From Gemmatimonadota bacterium (GTDB taxonomy: Bacteria > Gemmatimonadota > Gemmatimonadetes > Gemmatimonadales > Gemmatimonadaceae), in the NCBI GenBank assembly GCA_031401495.1, contig JANNRQ010000021.1, positions 99-64,098 on the forward strand: a stretch of 64,000 bases of DNA, given 5' to 3'. The position numbers were made by a program, and so were the translations under genes. Of the stretch, positions 30,864 to 40,461 are shown piece after piece (within the stretch, counting starts at the first letter, position 1; each line of letters begins with the position of its first letter). The notes below the pieces were generated by a model. The model was not told where the DNA came from. It made no database searches and saw only the letters and a list, made by a program, of their open reading frames with translations.

Positions 30864-31844
30864 TCATTCCACTGCTCGCCAGGCGACGAACGTAAGGCGG
30901 CCGCCGCGCGCGATGACGGCGGTGCCTGTAGCGCGGACGGGGCTTCCCTCTACATAACCCTCGCTGACCACGCCAACCTCCCGCGACTCGAAGGCCAACA
31001 ATGGCAAGAGCGCCGGGGCGGCGCGCTCCAGAGCCTCGCGGGTCATGAGCGGCATGCGGTCCGTCAAGTCCTGAAAGTTCGCGATGCGATCGCGCCGCAG
31101 CTGCGCGCCAATGATGACGTCGGCGGCGGCCTCAGAGGTGCCAGGGAGCGAAAGGAGCAGGGCACGGCCTGCAGAGTTGATATTGACTTGTCCCGATCCA
31201 ACGACGGCGAGCTCACTACGCAGCGACTGGAACAGCTCCGGTGTCATTCCCGCCACCCAACGCAGTTCATCGACGTCGACAAAGTCCTTGTTTGACGGAA
31301 CCTCGGAAGCGCCGGCCCGCAGATAGTCCTCTCGTTCGGCACCCTCGGCGCGGCGCGCGTCATCTCGGTCGCGCCAGTCCAGGATTCGCTGGGCAAGGCG
31401 GTCGGCGACCATCGCGTCTACCCGATGCGCGGCCAGAAATCGCCGCAGTTGCCCTTCGCTCGCGCGATTCACGTTCAGCTGCGCGCCCAGATGTGTCAGA
31501 GACACTCGGTACCATTCTCCCGCGCCCACCGGGATCGAGTCGAGTTTCACCGTGGTGAGGTCGGACCATGGGTCCAGGAGAGCAATCGGGTCGCGCCAGG
31601 CGCGTTGGCCGTCGCCGTCTTGAAGGATGCGCGCCAGAATCGCGCGGGCGTGCTCGATTCCTGATTCGGCGGCGGCGCGGGCCCGTGCGTGTTCCAGTGC
31701 ATTCGCCGCCGCCAGGCGCTGGTTGCGCGACGTCGTCGAGATCTCGAGCGACAGCGCTGCGATGGCGACCATGAGCCACACTGCTGCCATCAGGGCGAAG
31801 CCACGCCGCGGCCGCCGTTGCTCGGCAACGTTGGCGCCGTTCAC
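30864..31844 (-). CDS. gspK: Type II secretion minor pseudopilin GspK-like
   Basis: The GTG at 31844 overlaps the upstream stop (GTGA). RRG|FALMAAVWLMVAIAAL lacks Glu+5, as in GspK. The helix-hairpin-helix-like segment VNINSAGRALLLSLPG.SEAAADVII is typical of GspK. Confidence 0.7.
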   Translation of the reverse strand: MNGANVAEQRRPRRGFALMAAVWLMVAIAALSLEISTTSRNQRLAAANALEHARARAAAESGIEHARAILARILQDGDGQRAWRDPIALLDPWSDLTTVKLDSIPVGAGEWYRVSLTHLGAQLNVNRASEGQLRRFLAAHRVDAMVADRLAQRILDWRDRDDARRAEGAEREDYLRAGASEVPSNKDFVDVDELRWVAGMTPELFQSLRSELAVVGSGQVNINSAGRALLLSLPGTSEAAADVIIGAQLRRDRIANFQDLTDRMPLMTREALERAAPALLPLLAFESREVGVVSEGYVEGSPVRATGTAVIARGGRLTFVAWRAVE

Positions 31845-32458
31845 CGGCTTCCCTCGATGGACGCCGTGATGGGAAACCGCCACAACGGCGGAAGTGAGTC
31901 GGGCGGCACGGCACTTACAGCAAGGCGCACTCCAGTTGGCAGTACGCTTGTTGAAACCCAGCTTTTGACCCACTGCCGCTGACCGAGCACGCCCGTCAGG
32001 AATTGTGCATCGAGCCCGGCAACGCCCGCTTCGAGTTCCATTCTTGCGCTGCGCATCCCCTCAAACTCTCGCAGTTCCGCAACCAAGCCACGCTCCGGCG
32101 ACTCGGCGGAGCGATCAACATAGAGATGCACGATCGTTCCGTTCCGGCCCACGGGCGTCACGGCGGTCGTGAAGAAGACGATGTCGTCGTCCGCGAGCGC
32201 CGTGGCGGTGCCGCGCGTTGCGCCGTCGATTCCGCGGAACACGACCTCGTCCGCCTCGATAGTGAGGCGGGCTGAGGCCAGCCATTCCGACAGCAACGCG
32301 CGTGCCGTGGAATGACGCAGGAGCCGCGACGCAGTCTTGGCCGCGGCGTCGCGCCGGTCCATGAGCGTCGTGAACGTGGCGTACCCGCCCGAGACCGCGA
32401 TTCCGGTGATTGCGAGCGCGACCACGAGCTCGAGGAGCGTCATTCCCGACCGCCTCAT
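31841..32458 (-). CDS. Prepilin-type N-terminal cleavage/methylation protein, GspJ-like minor pseudopilin
   Basis: The ATG at 32458 overlaps the upstream stop (ATGA). MRRSG|MTLLELVVALAITGIAV has Glu+5. Size and position between the I-like and K-like genes fit GspJ. Confidence 0.65.
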   Translation of the reverse strand: MRRSGMTLLELVVALAITGIAVSGGYATFTTLMDRRDAAAKTASRLLRHSTARALLSEWLASARLTIEADEVVFRGIDGATRGTATALADDDIVFFTTAVTPVGRNGTIVHLYVDRSAESPERGLVAELREFEGMRSARMELEAGVAGLDAQFLTGVLGQRQWVKSWVSTSVLPTGVRLAVSAVPPDSLPPLWRFPITASIEGSR

Positions 32459-32862
32459 TGAGAACCCGTCGCAGCCGATACGGCGGGGGGCGGGCGAAAA
32501 CGGCTTCGCGTGAGCACGTATGCACCGTCCTCCCAGCGCACGCGAACCGAGAGTACGTACAGCCACCTCTCGCCGCGCACGGGTTTGGCGGAGGCGGTCC
32601 ATTCGTAGCGCTCGAATGGCGGTGCGAAACGGCCTCGCGCCAGGGAGTCTGGCAGGATTGCGAGGTGCGTCGCGTCCGCCAACTCCAGAGCGGTCAGGCG
32701 TTCCTCCGCCAACGACCGCGCGGGTAGCAGGTTACTGACGCGATGCGAGGCGCGGAGGTCCGCGCCGAACGCCGCCAGCGCGCCAACCGAGATCATACCC
32801 ACCAACGCGACTGCGACCGCGGCCTCCAAGATGGTGAAACCACGCCTGACGGGTGCGGTCAT
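32455..32862 (-). CDS. Prepilin-type protein, GspI-like minor pseudopilin
   Basis: The ATG at 32862 gives MTAPVRRG|FTILEAAVAVALVGMISV with Glu+5. It is small (135 aa) and is the first gene of the I-J-K-like operon. Confidence 0.65.
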   Translation of the reverse strand: MTAPVRRGFTILEAAVAVALVGMISVGALAAFGADLRASHRVSNLLPARSLAEERLTALELADATHLAILPDSLARGRFAPPFERYEWTASAKPVRGERWLYVLSVRVRWEDGAYVLTRSRFRPPPAVSAATGSQ

Positions 32863-32990
32863 GACCTCGGGACTGCGTACCATGTGGACGACAATGGCCC
32901 TAAGCACCATGATTCACAAGGAGTTCCGGCGCTGGCGCCGTATGGCCTAATGGCACTGGGTCACCGGCAAGCAGTCCGGAAACGTCGTAT

Positions 32991-33000
32991 TCTATAGAAG
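32991..33000 (+). other. TCTATAGAAG motif copy 2 (TCTATAGAAGTG), intergenic
   Basis: Exact 10-mer in the divergent gspI-like / gspF intergenic region, 35 nt upstream of the gspF GTG start. Confidence 0.9.
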
Positions 33001-33034
33001 TGGTACCAGCGCCTTCCCACACAGGGCCCGATAC

Positions 33035-34234
33035 GTGCCTGCTTTTGCCTACCGCGCGATAGACCCGCAAGGGAAACGCCTCACTGGGAGCGCTGATGCC
33101 CCCACTGGGCAGGCGCTCGCGCGTTCGCTGGAGGACAGGGGTCTCGTCGTCGCCGAGATCAACGAGGAGGCTTTCGGCTCCCAGAGCGTGGCGCTCGGCG
33201 GGCCCTCAACGCGGGATCTCGTCGAGGTTACCCGCGCACTCGCGGCGCTCCTTCCCGCGGGACTTCCGCTCGCCAAGGCGCTCGTCGCGTCGCGTACTCT
33301 GACGCGCGGCGCGCTTTCGCAAACGCTTGATCTGGTCCGCCAACGTGTTGAACGCGGCGACGCGCTGGCCACCGCGCTGGCTGACCACCCCGCGGTCTTT
33401 CCGCCGATGTACGTCGGACTCGTCCGCGCTGGCGAAAAGAGCGGCGACCTGGATGGCGCCTTCACGCGACTCGCTGCCCAACTCGAACGCGACGAGGAAC
33501 TGCGATCCAAGCTGATCTCGGCCGCCATCTATCCTTCACTTCTCGCGTTGGTCGGCGGCGCGGCGGTGCTGGTGCTGCTCCTCCTGGTGATCCCGCGTTT
33601 CGGCGACCTGCTGCAGGGCTCGGGCGCCCAGATGCCGCGCACCACCGCCATTGTCCTGGCCCTCTCCGGTGCACTGCGCGAGCACTGGCCATGGTTGTTT
33701 GTGCTTGCGGGTGCCGTAGCTACCTTCGGCGTTTGGGCGGCCAACTCGGCTCAGGGCGCACGCGCGGCCGCGACATCCGCGCTCTCGTTGCCGCTCATTG
33801 GACGCATGCGACGGGAGCTGCTCGCGGCGCGCTTCGCTCGGCTCACCGCGGTCCTCCTCGCCGGTGGCGCTCCGCTTCTGGGCGCGCTGGACGACGTCAC
33901 CGACTCGCTCGGCGACCCAGTGGCGCGCGACGACGTTGCACGCATCCGTGGTCGCGTGCGCGAAGGCGCGTCTCTCAATCGCGCGATTGCCGAGGGTTCG
34001 CTCTTCCCGACGCTGTTGGCGGAGTTGGTGAGCATCGGTGAACAATCCGGCCGGCTTCAGGATTTCCTCGCCAAGGCCGCTGACGTTTTCGAGCGCCGCA
34101 CCGAACGCACTACCGCGCGGGTCGTCGCTCTGGCCGAACCCGCGATGATCGTCGCGTTCGGCGGTGTCGTGGGTTTCGTCGCGCTGGCGCTGCTCCAGGC
34201 GATCTACGGCGTGAACGCGGGGTCGTTCCGATGA
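33035..34234 (+). CDS. gspF: Type II secretion system inner-membrane platform protein GspF
   Basis: GTG start. 399 aa with a duplicated T2SSF domain architecture, three TM segments, and the family-typical N-terminus PAFAYRAIDPQGKRLTG. Confidence 0.9.
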   Translation: MPAFAYRAIDPQGKRLTGSADAPTGQALARSLEDRGLVVAEINEEAFGSQSVALGGPSTRDLVEVTRALAALLPAGLPLAKALVASRTLTRGALSQTLDLVRQRVERGDALATALADHPAVFPPMYVGLVRAGEKSGDLDGAFTRLAAQLERDEELRSKLISAAIYPSLLALVGGAAVLVLLLLVIPRFGDLLQGSGAQMPRTTAIVLALSGALREHWPWLFVLAGAVATFGVWAANSAQGARAAATSALSLPLIGRMRRELLAARFARLTAVLLAGGAPLLGALDDVTDSLGDPVARDDVARIRGRVREGASLNRAIAEGSLFPTLLAELVSIGEQSGRLQDFLAKAADVFERRTERTTARVVALAEPAMIVAFGGVVGFVALALLQAIYGVNAGSFR

Positions 34235-34650
34235 TGCGCGGCGCCACCCTCATGGAAGTGGTGGTCGTTCTGGTGCTCATCGGCATCATGGCCGCTGTGG
34301 CCACACCAGCGTTCCTCAACTCGGCGCGCGGCAACGACCTGCGCGACGGCGCCGCGGCGGTGCAGCGAATCCTCGACCGTGCGCGCGTCACCGCGCGACT
34401 GAGCGGTCATCGCGTCACGGTCACGTTGGACGCGGCCAATGCGCGCTATTGGATCGACGCTCCGGCGCTCACCGGGGCCATTGAGCTACCGGCTGGCGTG
34501 TCGCTCTGGAGCGACCGGCCGCGCGCACGTGTCACGTTCCAGCCGTCGGGGCCGGCGGGTGCGGATCAGATTGCCGTACTGGCGCACGGCAGATCGGCGA
34601 CACTGAACGTGGACCGGCTCACCGGCGAGGTGACAAACGATGCGCGTTAG
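34231..34650 (+). CDS. Prepilin-type protein, GspH-like minor pseudopilin
   Basis: The start overlaps the gspF stop (ATGA). MMRG|ATLMEVVVVLVLIGIMAAVATPAF has Glu+5. The FimT/GspH-like body is about 140 aa. Confidence 0.65.
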   Translation: MMRGATLMEVVVVLVLIGIMAAVATPAFLNSARGNDLRDGAAAVQRILDRARVTARLSGHRVTVTLDAANARYWIDAPALTGAIELPAGVSLWSDRPRARVTFQPSGPAGADQIAVLAHGRSATLNVDRLTGEVTNDAR

Positions 34651-35737
34651 CGTCGGCTTGACGCGTATCGTGCGCGTGGTGTTCGGCGGGCGCGACGTCG
34701 CAGCGACCCTTTCCGCGGCGCGTGTGCCAGCGGGCGCGTGGCTGCACGCGGTGCTGGCGCCGCCGCTGTCGCAAGTTCGGGCGATCGAGTTGCCGCGCAT
34801 GACACGGACTGACGCGCAAAACGCGGTGGCGCGCAATCCGGGCCGGTACTTCCCGGACGCGCGCGAGCCGCAGGTGGTCGCGGTCCGGCGAACGCGGTCC
34901 GGCTGGATCGCCGCCGCCACCCCCGCCGTCGTCGTCGACGCAATACACGAAGCGGCACGTGCGATGGGCTGCAACGTCGCCGTCATCGAGCCGGCCGCGG
35001 CATTGTGGGCGCGGATTGGCGGCTCGGGCGCATTCGCGGTCACGAGTGACGGCCAGACGACGTTGCTTGCTGCCCGCGGCGGCGCGCTTGAGTCGGTTCG
35101 TCGTACCCCTGAAGGCGCGCCGTGGCCGGCGGAGTTTCGGAATGCAGCTGTTCTGGACGTCGCAGCTTCCAGGCCGCTGAACCTGGCAAGCCTCGCAAGC
35201 ACGCTCGACCTCAGGCCCGATCCGGTCGCTCGATCGCGTGCTGCGCTGGTACGCCGCGTCGTTTTCTGGAGCAGCGCGGTCGCGGCCGGACTGCTGTTCG
35301 TTGCGGCATCAGCGACGCTCTGGGGCGAGCGCCAGGAGCTTGCCGCCCTGCGTGCGTACCGCGCGTCGCTACGCGCTCAGGTACAGACGGCGCTCACGCA
35401 ACGCGATACCCTCCTCACCAACAGCGAACAACTCGGCGCTGTCGCCGCGCTCCAGCGCGGGTCTGAGCGATGGTCGGCCGTTGTAGCGCGCGTCGCCGAA
35501 GCGCTCCCACGCGACGCTTCACTCACAGCTTTCCGCGCCGAGGCCGACAGCGTCTCCCTCGAGGGTGAGGCGCGCAATGCGGCCGGCGTCTTCGCGGCGA
35601 TGCGCTCGGCGCCGGGTGTGTTGGGAGTACACGCGGCCGCGCCGGTGCGGCAGGAGGGCGGAGGCTCCAGCGGCCAGCCTGTCGTCGAACGCTTCACGCT
35701 GGGCGCTCGACTGAAGCAGCCCGGAGGCGCACCATGA
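34640..35737 (+). CDS. GspL-like (PilM/PilN-type) assembly protein
   Basis: Bitopic protein: a cytoplasmic N-domain of about 200 aa, the TM segment VVFWSSAVAAGLLFVAASATLWG, then a coiled-coil and PilN-like periplasmic domain. Its position after the pseudopilin gene fits GspL. Sequence similarity is judged by architecture only. Confidence 0.55.
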   Translation: MRVSVGLTRIVRVVFGGRDVAATLSAARVPAGAWLHAVLAPPLSQVRAIELPRMTRTDAQNAVARNPGRYFPDAREPQVVAVRRTRSGWIAAATPAVVVDAIHEAARAMGCNVAVIEPAAALWARIGGSGAFAVTSDGQTTLLAARGGALESVRRTPEGAPWPAEFRNAAVLDVAASRPLNLASLASTLDLRPDPVARSRAALVRRVVFWSSAVAAGLLFVAASATLWGERQELAALRAYRASLRAQVQTALTQRDTLLTNSEQLGAVAALQRGSERWSAVVARVAEALPRDASLTAFRAEADSVSLEGEARNAAGVFAAMRSAPGVLGVHAAAPVRQEGGGSSGQPVVERFTLGARLKQPGGAP

Positions 35738-36306
35738 ACCGCGCACCGCTGTCCGTTCGCGACCGACGCGCGCTATTGATTGGCGCCATCATGGCCGCTC
35801 CGGCGTTGATCAACGCCATTGCGGTGCGGCCGTATCGCGAGGCGCTTTCCCGAACTCGCGAGGCGGTGGGCCGCGAGCGCGACCTGTTGCAGCGCGAGTT
35901 GACGCTTCTCGCGCACGCGCCGGAGTTGCCGGCCGAAATCGCCAAATCGCGGACGCAGTCACAACGCGCGCTGGCGCGGATATTTGCCGGAGACGACGTC
36001 ATCGAAGCCACGTCGGCGTTGTCGTCGTACGTGGGTAACACCCTGCGCGACGCGCGATTGAGCGTGGACCAGATGGAGTCGCGCGACGCGACCGACGCGG
36101 CCGCAGGCCTGCGCGAAGTGTCCATCGACCTGCGCGCCGAGGGCTCACTCGAGGGCGTGCTGCGTGGCTTGCGCGCGCTGGAGAGCGGCGGGCGACTGGT
36201 GCGCGTCACGCGTCTCAGTGTGGAACGCTCGGCGCCGTTCTCCGATGGCCCCGAAGCCCTGATACTGTCGGCCACCGTACGCGGCTTTGCGAGGATCAAC
36301 GAATGA
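35734..36306 (+). CDS. GspM/PilO-like assembly protein
   Basis: Start overlaps the upstream stop. A single N-terminal TM (RALLIGAIMAAPALINAIAV) is followed by a coiled coil and an alpha/beta domain. Position and architecture only. Confidence 0.5.
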   Translation: MNRAPLSVRDRRALLIGAIMAAPALINAIAVRPYREALSRTREAVGRERDLLQRELTLLAHAPELPAEIAKSRTQSQRALARIFAGDDVIEATSALSSYVGNTLRDARLSVDQMESRDATDAAAGLREVSIDLRAEGSLEGVLRGLRALESGGRLVRVTRLSVERSAPFSDGPEALILSATVRGFARINE

Positions 36307-36797
36307 TGCTGCGCCAGCTTCTCGCGACGCGCGTCGTGCAAGCGGCGCTCGGCGTTGTCGCCGCCAGCGCAACACTGGCAGCGGTGGCCGTGGGACGCGC
36401 TCTGAGCCTCGAGGAAATGCCGGTGGCGTCGCGGGAGCTCCCCTTGAGTTTCGCGACCCTCGAATCCGGCCCGCGCACGCCAGCCGAGTTGATCGAGCAA
36501 GCGGTTGCGGCCGCGCCGTTCGCGCCGAACCGCCGGCCGAACGCGTCGCGCGCGCAGTCTTCGGTTTCAGCGCCAACCATGGTCGACGACACGCAATTGC
36601 AGTTGGTGGGCACGGTGGTGGATTCCACCGCAGGCAGTTTTGTACTCATGACAGTTCCCGGGCAGGGCACGAAGGTTGTCCGGCCGGATCAGGTGGTCGG
36701 CGGCCTGCGTCTCAGGTCCATCGAGCCGGGTAGCGCAACATTCACGAGGGTCAGCGACGGCGACCGTGTAGTTCTGCGTGTGCCGAGGAGCAGATAG
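36303..36797 (+). CDS. GspC/PilP-like protein (HR-type beta domain, no PDZ)
   Basis: Start overlaps the upstream stop. An N-terminal TM is followed by the C-terminal QLQLVGTVVDSTAGSFVLMTVPGQG.KVVRPDQVVGGLRLRSIEPGSATF...VVLRVP, resembling the secretin-interacting HR/PilP fold. It lies directly upstream of the secretin gene. Confidence 0.5.
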   Translation: MMLRQLLATRVVQAALGVVAASATLAAVAVGRALSLEEMPVASRELPLSFATLESGPRTPAELIEQAVAAAPFAPNRRPNASRAQSSVSAPTMVDDTQLQLVGTVVDSTAGSFVLMTVPGQGTKVVRPDQVVGGLRLRSIEPGSATFTRVSDGDRVVLRVPRSR

Positions 36798-36800
36798 GTC

Positions 36801-38315
36801 ATGAAAACACAATGGATGCGACAGGCCGTACTGTGTTGTGCAATGTGCGTAACAGCGTTCGTACCGACGCTACTTGCTCAAGACACAACCTCAGTTCGCC
36901 GAACGCCCACGGGTGTGCTGGTCGACTTTCAGGACGTCGACATTCGCGCGGTGATCACGGCCCTGGCGGAGGCCGGCAACCTGAACGTGACGTACGGCGA
37001 CTTGCCGCAGAAGCGCATCACGATGCGGCTGCGTCAGCCGATTCCACGCGCGGACATTCTGCCTCTGCTTCGCAGTCTGGCCACATCGAACGGGCTTCGG
37101 GTCGTCGAGGAGGCTGGCGTCTTGCGCCTCGAGGTTCCCGCTCCGCCGGAATTGGCGACGCTTGGTGCGCAGCCGGCACAAGCATCGATGCCGTCAAAGC
37201 GGCTCTACGTCTATCACCTCAAGCACGCTCGCGCGGTCCGGCTGGCGCAAACCCTGCAGTCCGTCTTCGGTGCGGGCGCGATCACGACCGCGAACCTGGA
37301 CATGCGCACGCGTCCGCTCTCACAGTATTTGCGCGACCAATCCATTCGCCCGTTCTCGTTGACGGATACGCAACCCGAGCCGCCGAGGACGTTCGGCAGC
37401 CAGACCGAAATCGGTGGCAGCTTGCGCGCCGACGTCCAGATCGTGCCGGATGAGACGACCAATGCGTTGATGATTCGCGCCGCGCCCGAGGACTACGAGA
37501 TCGTGCGTCAGGCGATCGAAGTCGTGGACCAGCGGCCCCTTCAAGTGTTGATCGAAGTGCTGATCGCCGAGGTCCGGCTCTCGGAGTCAACCGACTTGGG
37601 CGTTTCGGCCAGTGCCACGAAGACTGCCGGCGGCAACGAGACCAGCGGCGAGCTCAAGGGGTCGAGCTCCGGCGATTTCGTGGCCAAGCTCACGCGCGGC
37701 GGACAGGTGGACGTCAGCGTCGCGATCTCGGCGTTGGCGTCGCGCGGCAACGTACGCATCGTGTCGCGACCGCTGTTGTTCGCACAGAACAATCTCGAGG
37801 CCAAAATCCTCGTCGGCTCGCAGCGGCCGTTCGTGCAGGTGTCGCGCTCGCTGCCGACGGACGCCGGGGTGCGCGATCAGGTGATCCAGTACCGCGATGT
37901 CGGCACCTCGCTCGCGATCATCCCGACGATCAATCCGGACGGCTACGTCACCATGCAGGTGACGCAAGAAGTCAGCTCCGCCACGAACGAGACGCAGTTC
38001 GGCGCTCCGGTGATCAGCACGCGCGAAGCGCTCACGCATCTCTTCGTGAAGGACGGGCAGACCGTCGTGTTCGGTGGGCTCGTCGATCAGCAGCGCGAGA
38101 AGTCACGCAGCGGAATTCCCGTGTTGATGAACATCCCGCTGCTGGGCTACGCGTTCAGGTCCAGCAAGTGGACCACGACCAACAACGAGCTGTACCTCTT
38201 TCTCACGCCGCACGTGGTGCAGAGTGATGAAGACCTCCAACGGCTGAAGCAGGAGATCGACAAGCGTTCTCCGGAAGCAGTGGCGCCGCCCATTGTCCCG
38301 GTGAGGAGGCCGTAG
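36801..38315 (+). CDS. gspD: Type II/III secretion system secretin (GspD family, short form)
   Basis: Signal peptide, N0/N1-like domains (VDFQDVDIRAVITALAEAGNLNV) and a secretin C-domain (RPLQVLIEVLIAEV ... IPVLMNIPLLGYAFRS...ELYLFLTPHVV). Confidence 0.9.
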   Translation: MKTQWMRQAVLCCAMCVTAFVPTLLAQDTTSVRRTPTGVLVDFQDVDIRAVITALAEAGNLNVTYGDLPQKRITMRLRQPIPRADILPLLRSLATSNGLRVVEEAGVLRLEVPAPPELATLGAQPAQASMPSKRLYVYHLKHARAVRLAQTLQSVFGAGAITTANLDMRTRPLSQYLRDQSIRPFSLTDTQPEPPRTFGSQTEIGGSLRADVQIVPDETTNALMIRAAPEDYEIVRQAIEVVDQRPLQVLIEVLIAEVRLSESTDLGVSASATKTAGGNETSGELKGSSSGDFVAKLTRGGQVDVSVAISALASRGNVRIVSRPLLFAQNNLEAKILVGSQRPFVQVSRSLPTDAGVRDQVIQYRDVGTSLAIIPTINPDGYVTMQVTQEVSSATNETQFGAPVISTREALTHLFVKDGQTVVFGGLVDQQREKSRSGIPVLMNIPLLGYAFRSSKWTTTNNELYLFLTPHVVQSDEDLQRLKQEIDKRSPEAVAPPIVPVRRP

Positions 38316-39736
38316 TGTTTGCAGCGACGGATCTCAGCGCCGCGCGGGCGCTTACGGACCGCGTGGGCGCCAGCTACCTCGAGCACTACGGGCTGATTCC
38401 CATCGAGCGCACCGACCGCATCGTGCGTGTTGGCACGTGGCTGGAGCAGCCGGATCAGCAGGCGCTGGACGACATGCGCCTGGTGTTCGGCGTCGAGATC
38501 GAGTTGCTGCGCGTCGCCGAGCCGGACGCGCGTGCGGCGATTCGCCGGCTGTACGGCGACGACGCCACCGCGCAGGGCGTGATCGACTCGTTCGGCGCCG
38601 TGCAGCCCAAGGTGGCGCGGACGCGTGCGCGGGCCATCGACGACCTGGTCCACCTCGCCAATGAGGCGCCGGTCATCAAGCTCGTGAACTTGTTGCTGGT
38701 CGAGGCGCTCACTGCGCGGGCGTCCGACGTGCACCTCGAGGTATACGTCAACGAAGTGAAGGTGCGGTACCGCGTTGACGGCGTGTTGCAGGACGCGCCG
38801 TCGCCGCCGATGCAGCTTGCGGATGCCGTCATCAGTCGGCTCAAGATCATGGCCGATCTCGACATTTCAGAGCGACGTCTGCCGCAAGATGGGCGTATTC
38901 GATTGCAGCTTCAGGATCGCGACGTGGACGTCCGCGTGTCAACGATCCCGACACTGCACGGTGAGAGTGTCGTCTTGCGCCTTCTCGACGCGCAGCGCGG
39001 CCGCCTGTCACTCGACGCGCTCGGCATGGCGCCGCCGATGCTCTCCGCGCTACGCGAAGCGTTGGCCGGTTCAAACGGCATCGTGCTCGTCACCGGGCCA
39101 ACGGGATCAGGCAAGACGACCACGCTCTACGCCGCGATCGAGATGCTGCGTACGGGGCGCGAGAAGATTCTCACGGTGGAGGACCCCGTCGAGTATGAGT
39201 TGAACGTGCCGCAGATGCCGGTGAATGAGAAAGTGGGCGTCACCTTCGCGACGGCGCTTCGCGCCCTGCTGCGGCAGGACCCGGACGTGATGATGGTGGG
39301 CGAGATCCGTGACCCGGAGACGGCGGAAGTCGCGACGCAGGCGGCGCTCACAGGCCATCTCGTGCTGTCCACGCTGCACACCAACGATGCCCCGGGCGCG
39401 ATCACACGATTGTTGGACCTGGGCGTGGCGCCGTATCTCGTCGCGAGCACCCTTCAGGCGGTCTTGGCGCAGCGTCTTGTACGGCGTACGTGCGGTTCAT
39501 GCCGAGCCAAGGGTTGCGACGCGTGCCGGAACACCGGCTATCGCGGTCGCGTCGGCGTGTACGAGCTGCTCGTCATGAACGACGCACTGCGCAAAGACCT
39601 CCTGGCCGGCGCGGATGCCGCGACGCTGCGCCGAACGATGATGGCGAGCGGCGGTCACAACCTGGCGGACGACGGCGCGCGGCTGGTCGCGGCCGGAGTG
39701 ACGACGGAGGAGGAAGTGCTCCGGGTGACGCTCTAG
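38315..39736 (+). CDS. gspE: Type II secretion ATPase GspE
   Basis: The GTG start shares 1 nt with the gspD TAG stop. It has Walker A GPTGSGKTTT, an Asp box, Walker B MVGEIRD, a His box GHLVLSTLHTNDA and the tetracysteine motif CGSC...CDAC. Confidence 0.92.
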   Translation: MFAATDLSAARALTDRVGASYLEHYGLIPIERTDRIVRVGTWLEQPDQQALDDMRLVFGVEIELLRVAEPDARAAIRRLYGDDATAQGVIDSFGAVQPKVARTRARAIDDLVHLANEAPVIKLVNLLLVEALTARASDVHLEVYVNEVKVRYRVDGVLQDAPSPPMQLADAVISRLKIMADLDISERRLPQDGRIRLQLQDRDVDVRVSTIPTLHGESVVLRLLDAQRGRLSLDALGMAPPMLSALREALAGSNGIVLVTGPTGSGKTTTLYAAIEMLRTGREKILTVEDPVEYELNVPQMPVNEKVGVTFATALRALLRQDPDVMMVGEIRDPETAEVATQAALTGHLVLSTLHTNDAPGAITRLLDLGVAPYLVASTLQAVLAQRLVRRTCGSCRAKGCDACRNTGYRGRVGVYELLVMNDALRKDLLAGADAATLRRTMMASGGHNLADDGARLVAAGVTTEEEVLRVTL

Positions 39737-40416
39737 TACCCGAGCGCCCCGTTGAGCCAGCGGACCAGTGGCAACAGCGCCCTGAACTCCTTCTGCAATG
39801 TTGCAGGCAGCTTGTTGTTGATCACCGCAGCGTCCGGAATCCGCCGGCCCGCGGTGAACGACTGGAACTTGAGCCACTTCGCGGCCGGGTGGTTCTCGTC
39901 GTAGCCGCGCGGCATGCGTTTGAGTGTCGCACCATCGCTGTCCAGCCCGCCGAACTTCTTGAGGGAGGCGACCATCTTCAGGAACGGTCTGGGCTTCTCC
40001 GCGATCAAGTCACGGATCGTGTTGAGCTGCGGTCGTGGCGGCATCCAGAGACCCGCGCCCACCAGGCACTGGCCGGGTTCGAGGTGGAAATAGAATCCCG
40101 CGCTCCCGCCCTCGGCTTCCTGTCCGACCTTGGCGTTGGATTTGCGGTGCGCGAACCAGCACGCGGCGTGCGTCTTGTACGGCGACTTGTCCTTTGAAAA
40201 GCGGATGTCTCGGTTGATGCGGAACATCGAGCGACGCGGGTCGCCGCCGATCTCGGGCGCAAACCTTCGCATCCGCGCGTCCATCTCGCCGATCAGCATA
40301 CGCATGGGCTCGCGCAGCTCGTTCTCGTAGTCGCTGCGGTGCGCTTCGAACCAGAGCTTGTTGTTGTTCCTCTTGAGTCCTTTCAGGAAAGCAAACGCGC
40401 GCTTGGTGAATGGCAT
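39733..40416 (-). CDS. DUF2461 (TIGR02453) family protein
   Basis: FLKGLKRNNNKLWFEAHRSDYE ... FRINRDIRFSKDKSPYKTH are family hallmarks. The ATG at 40416 has GGAGG 5 nt upstream; the ORF track start at 40449 lacks an SD. Its stop overlaps the gspE stop in a shared CTAG. Confidence 0.8.
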   Translation of the reverse strand: MPFTKRAFAFLKGLKRNNNKLWFEAHRSDYENELREPMRMLIGEMDARMRRFAPEIGGDPRRSMFRINRDIRFSKDKSPYKTHAACWFAHRKSNAKVGQEAEGGSAGFYFHLEPGQCLVGAGLWMPPRPQLNTIRDLIAEKPRPFLKMVASLKKFGGLDSDGATLKRMPRGYDENHPAAKWLKFQSFTAGRRIPDAAVINNKLPATLQKEFRALLPLVRWLNGALGY

Positions 40417-40461
40417 GAGAGCCTCCGTGCTTGGTGCATCGTGCTTCATAGGTGCGAGTCA

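Noticed and set aside
32991-33000. Similarity of CTATAGAAG to the 3' end of the phage SP6 promoter (..CACTATAGAAG).
   Set aside because: Only 9 nt match. The upstream promoter part (ATTTAGGTGACA) is absent in all four copies, and no phage-type RNA polymerase or prophage genes are present.
39733-39736. Convergent gspE and DUF2461 genes share their stop codons in a single CTAG.
   Set aside because: This is a real curiosity of the sequence, but most simply a consequence of compact convergent genes. There is no evidence of function.
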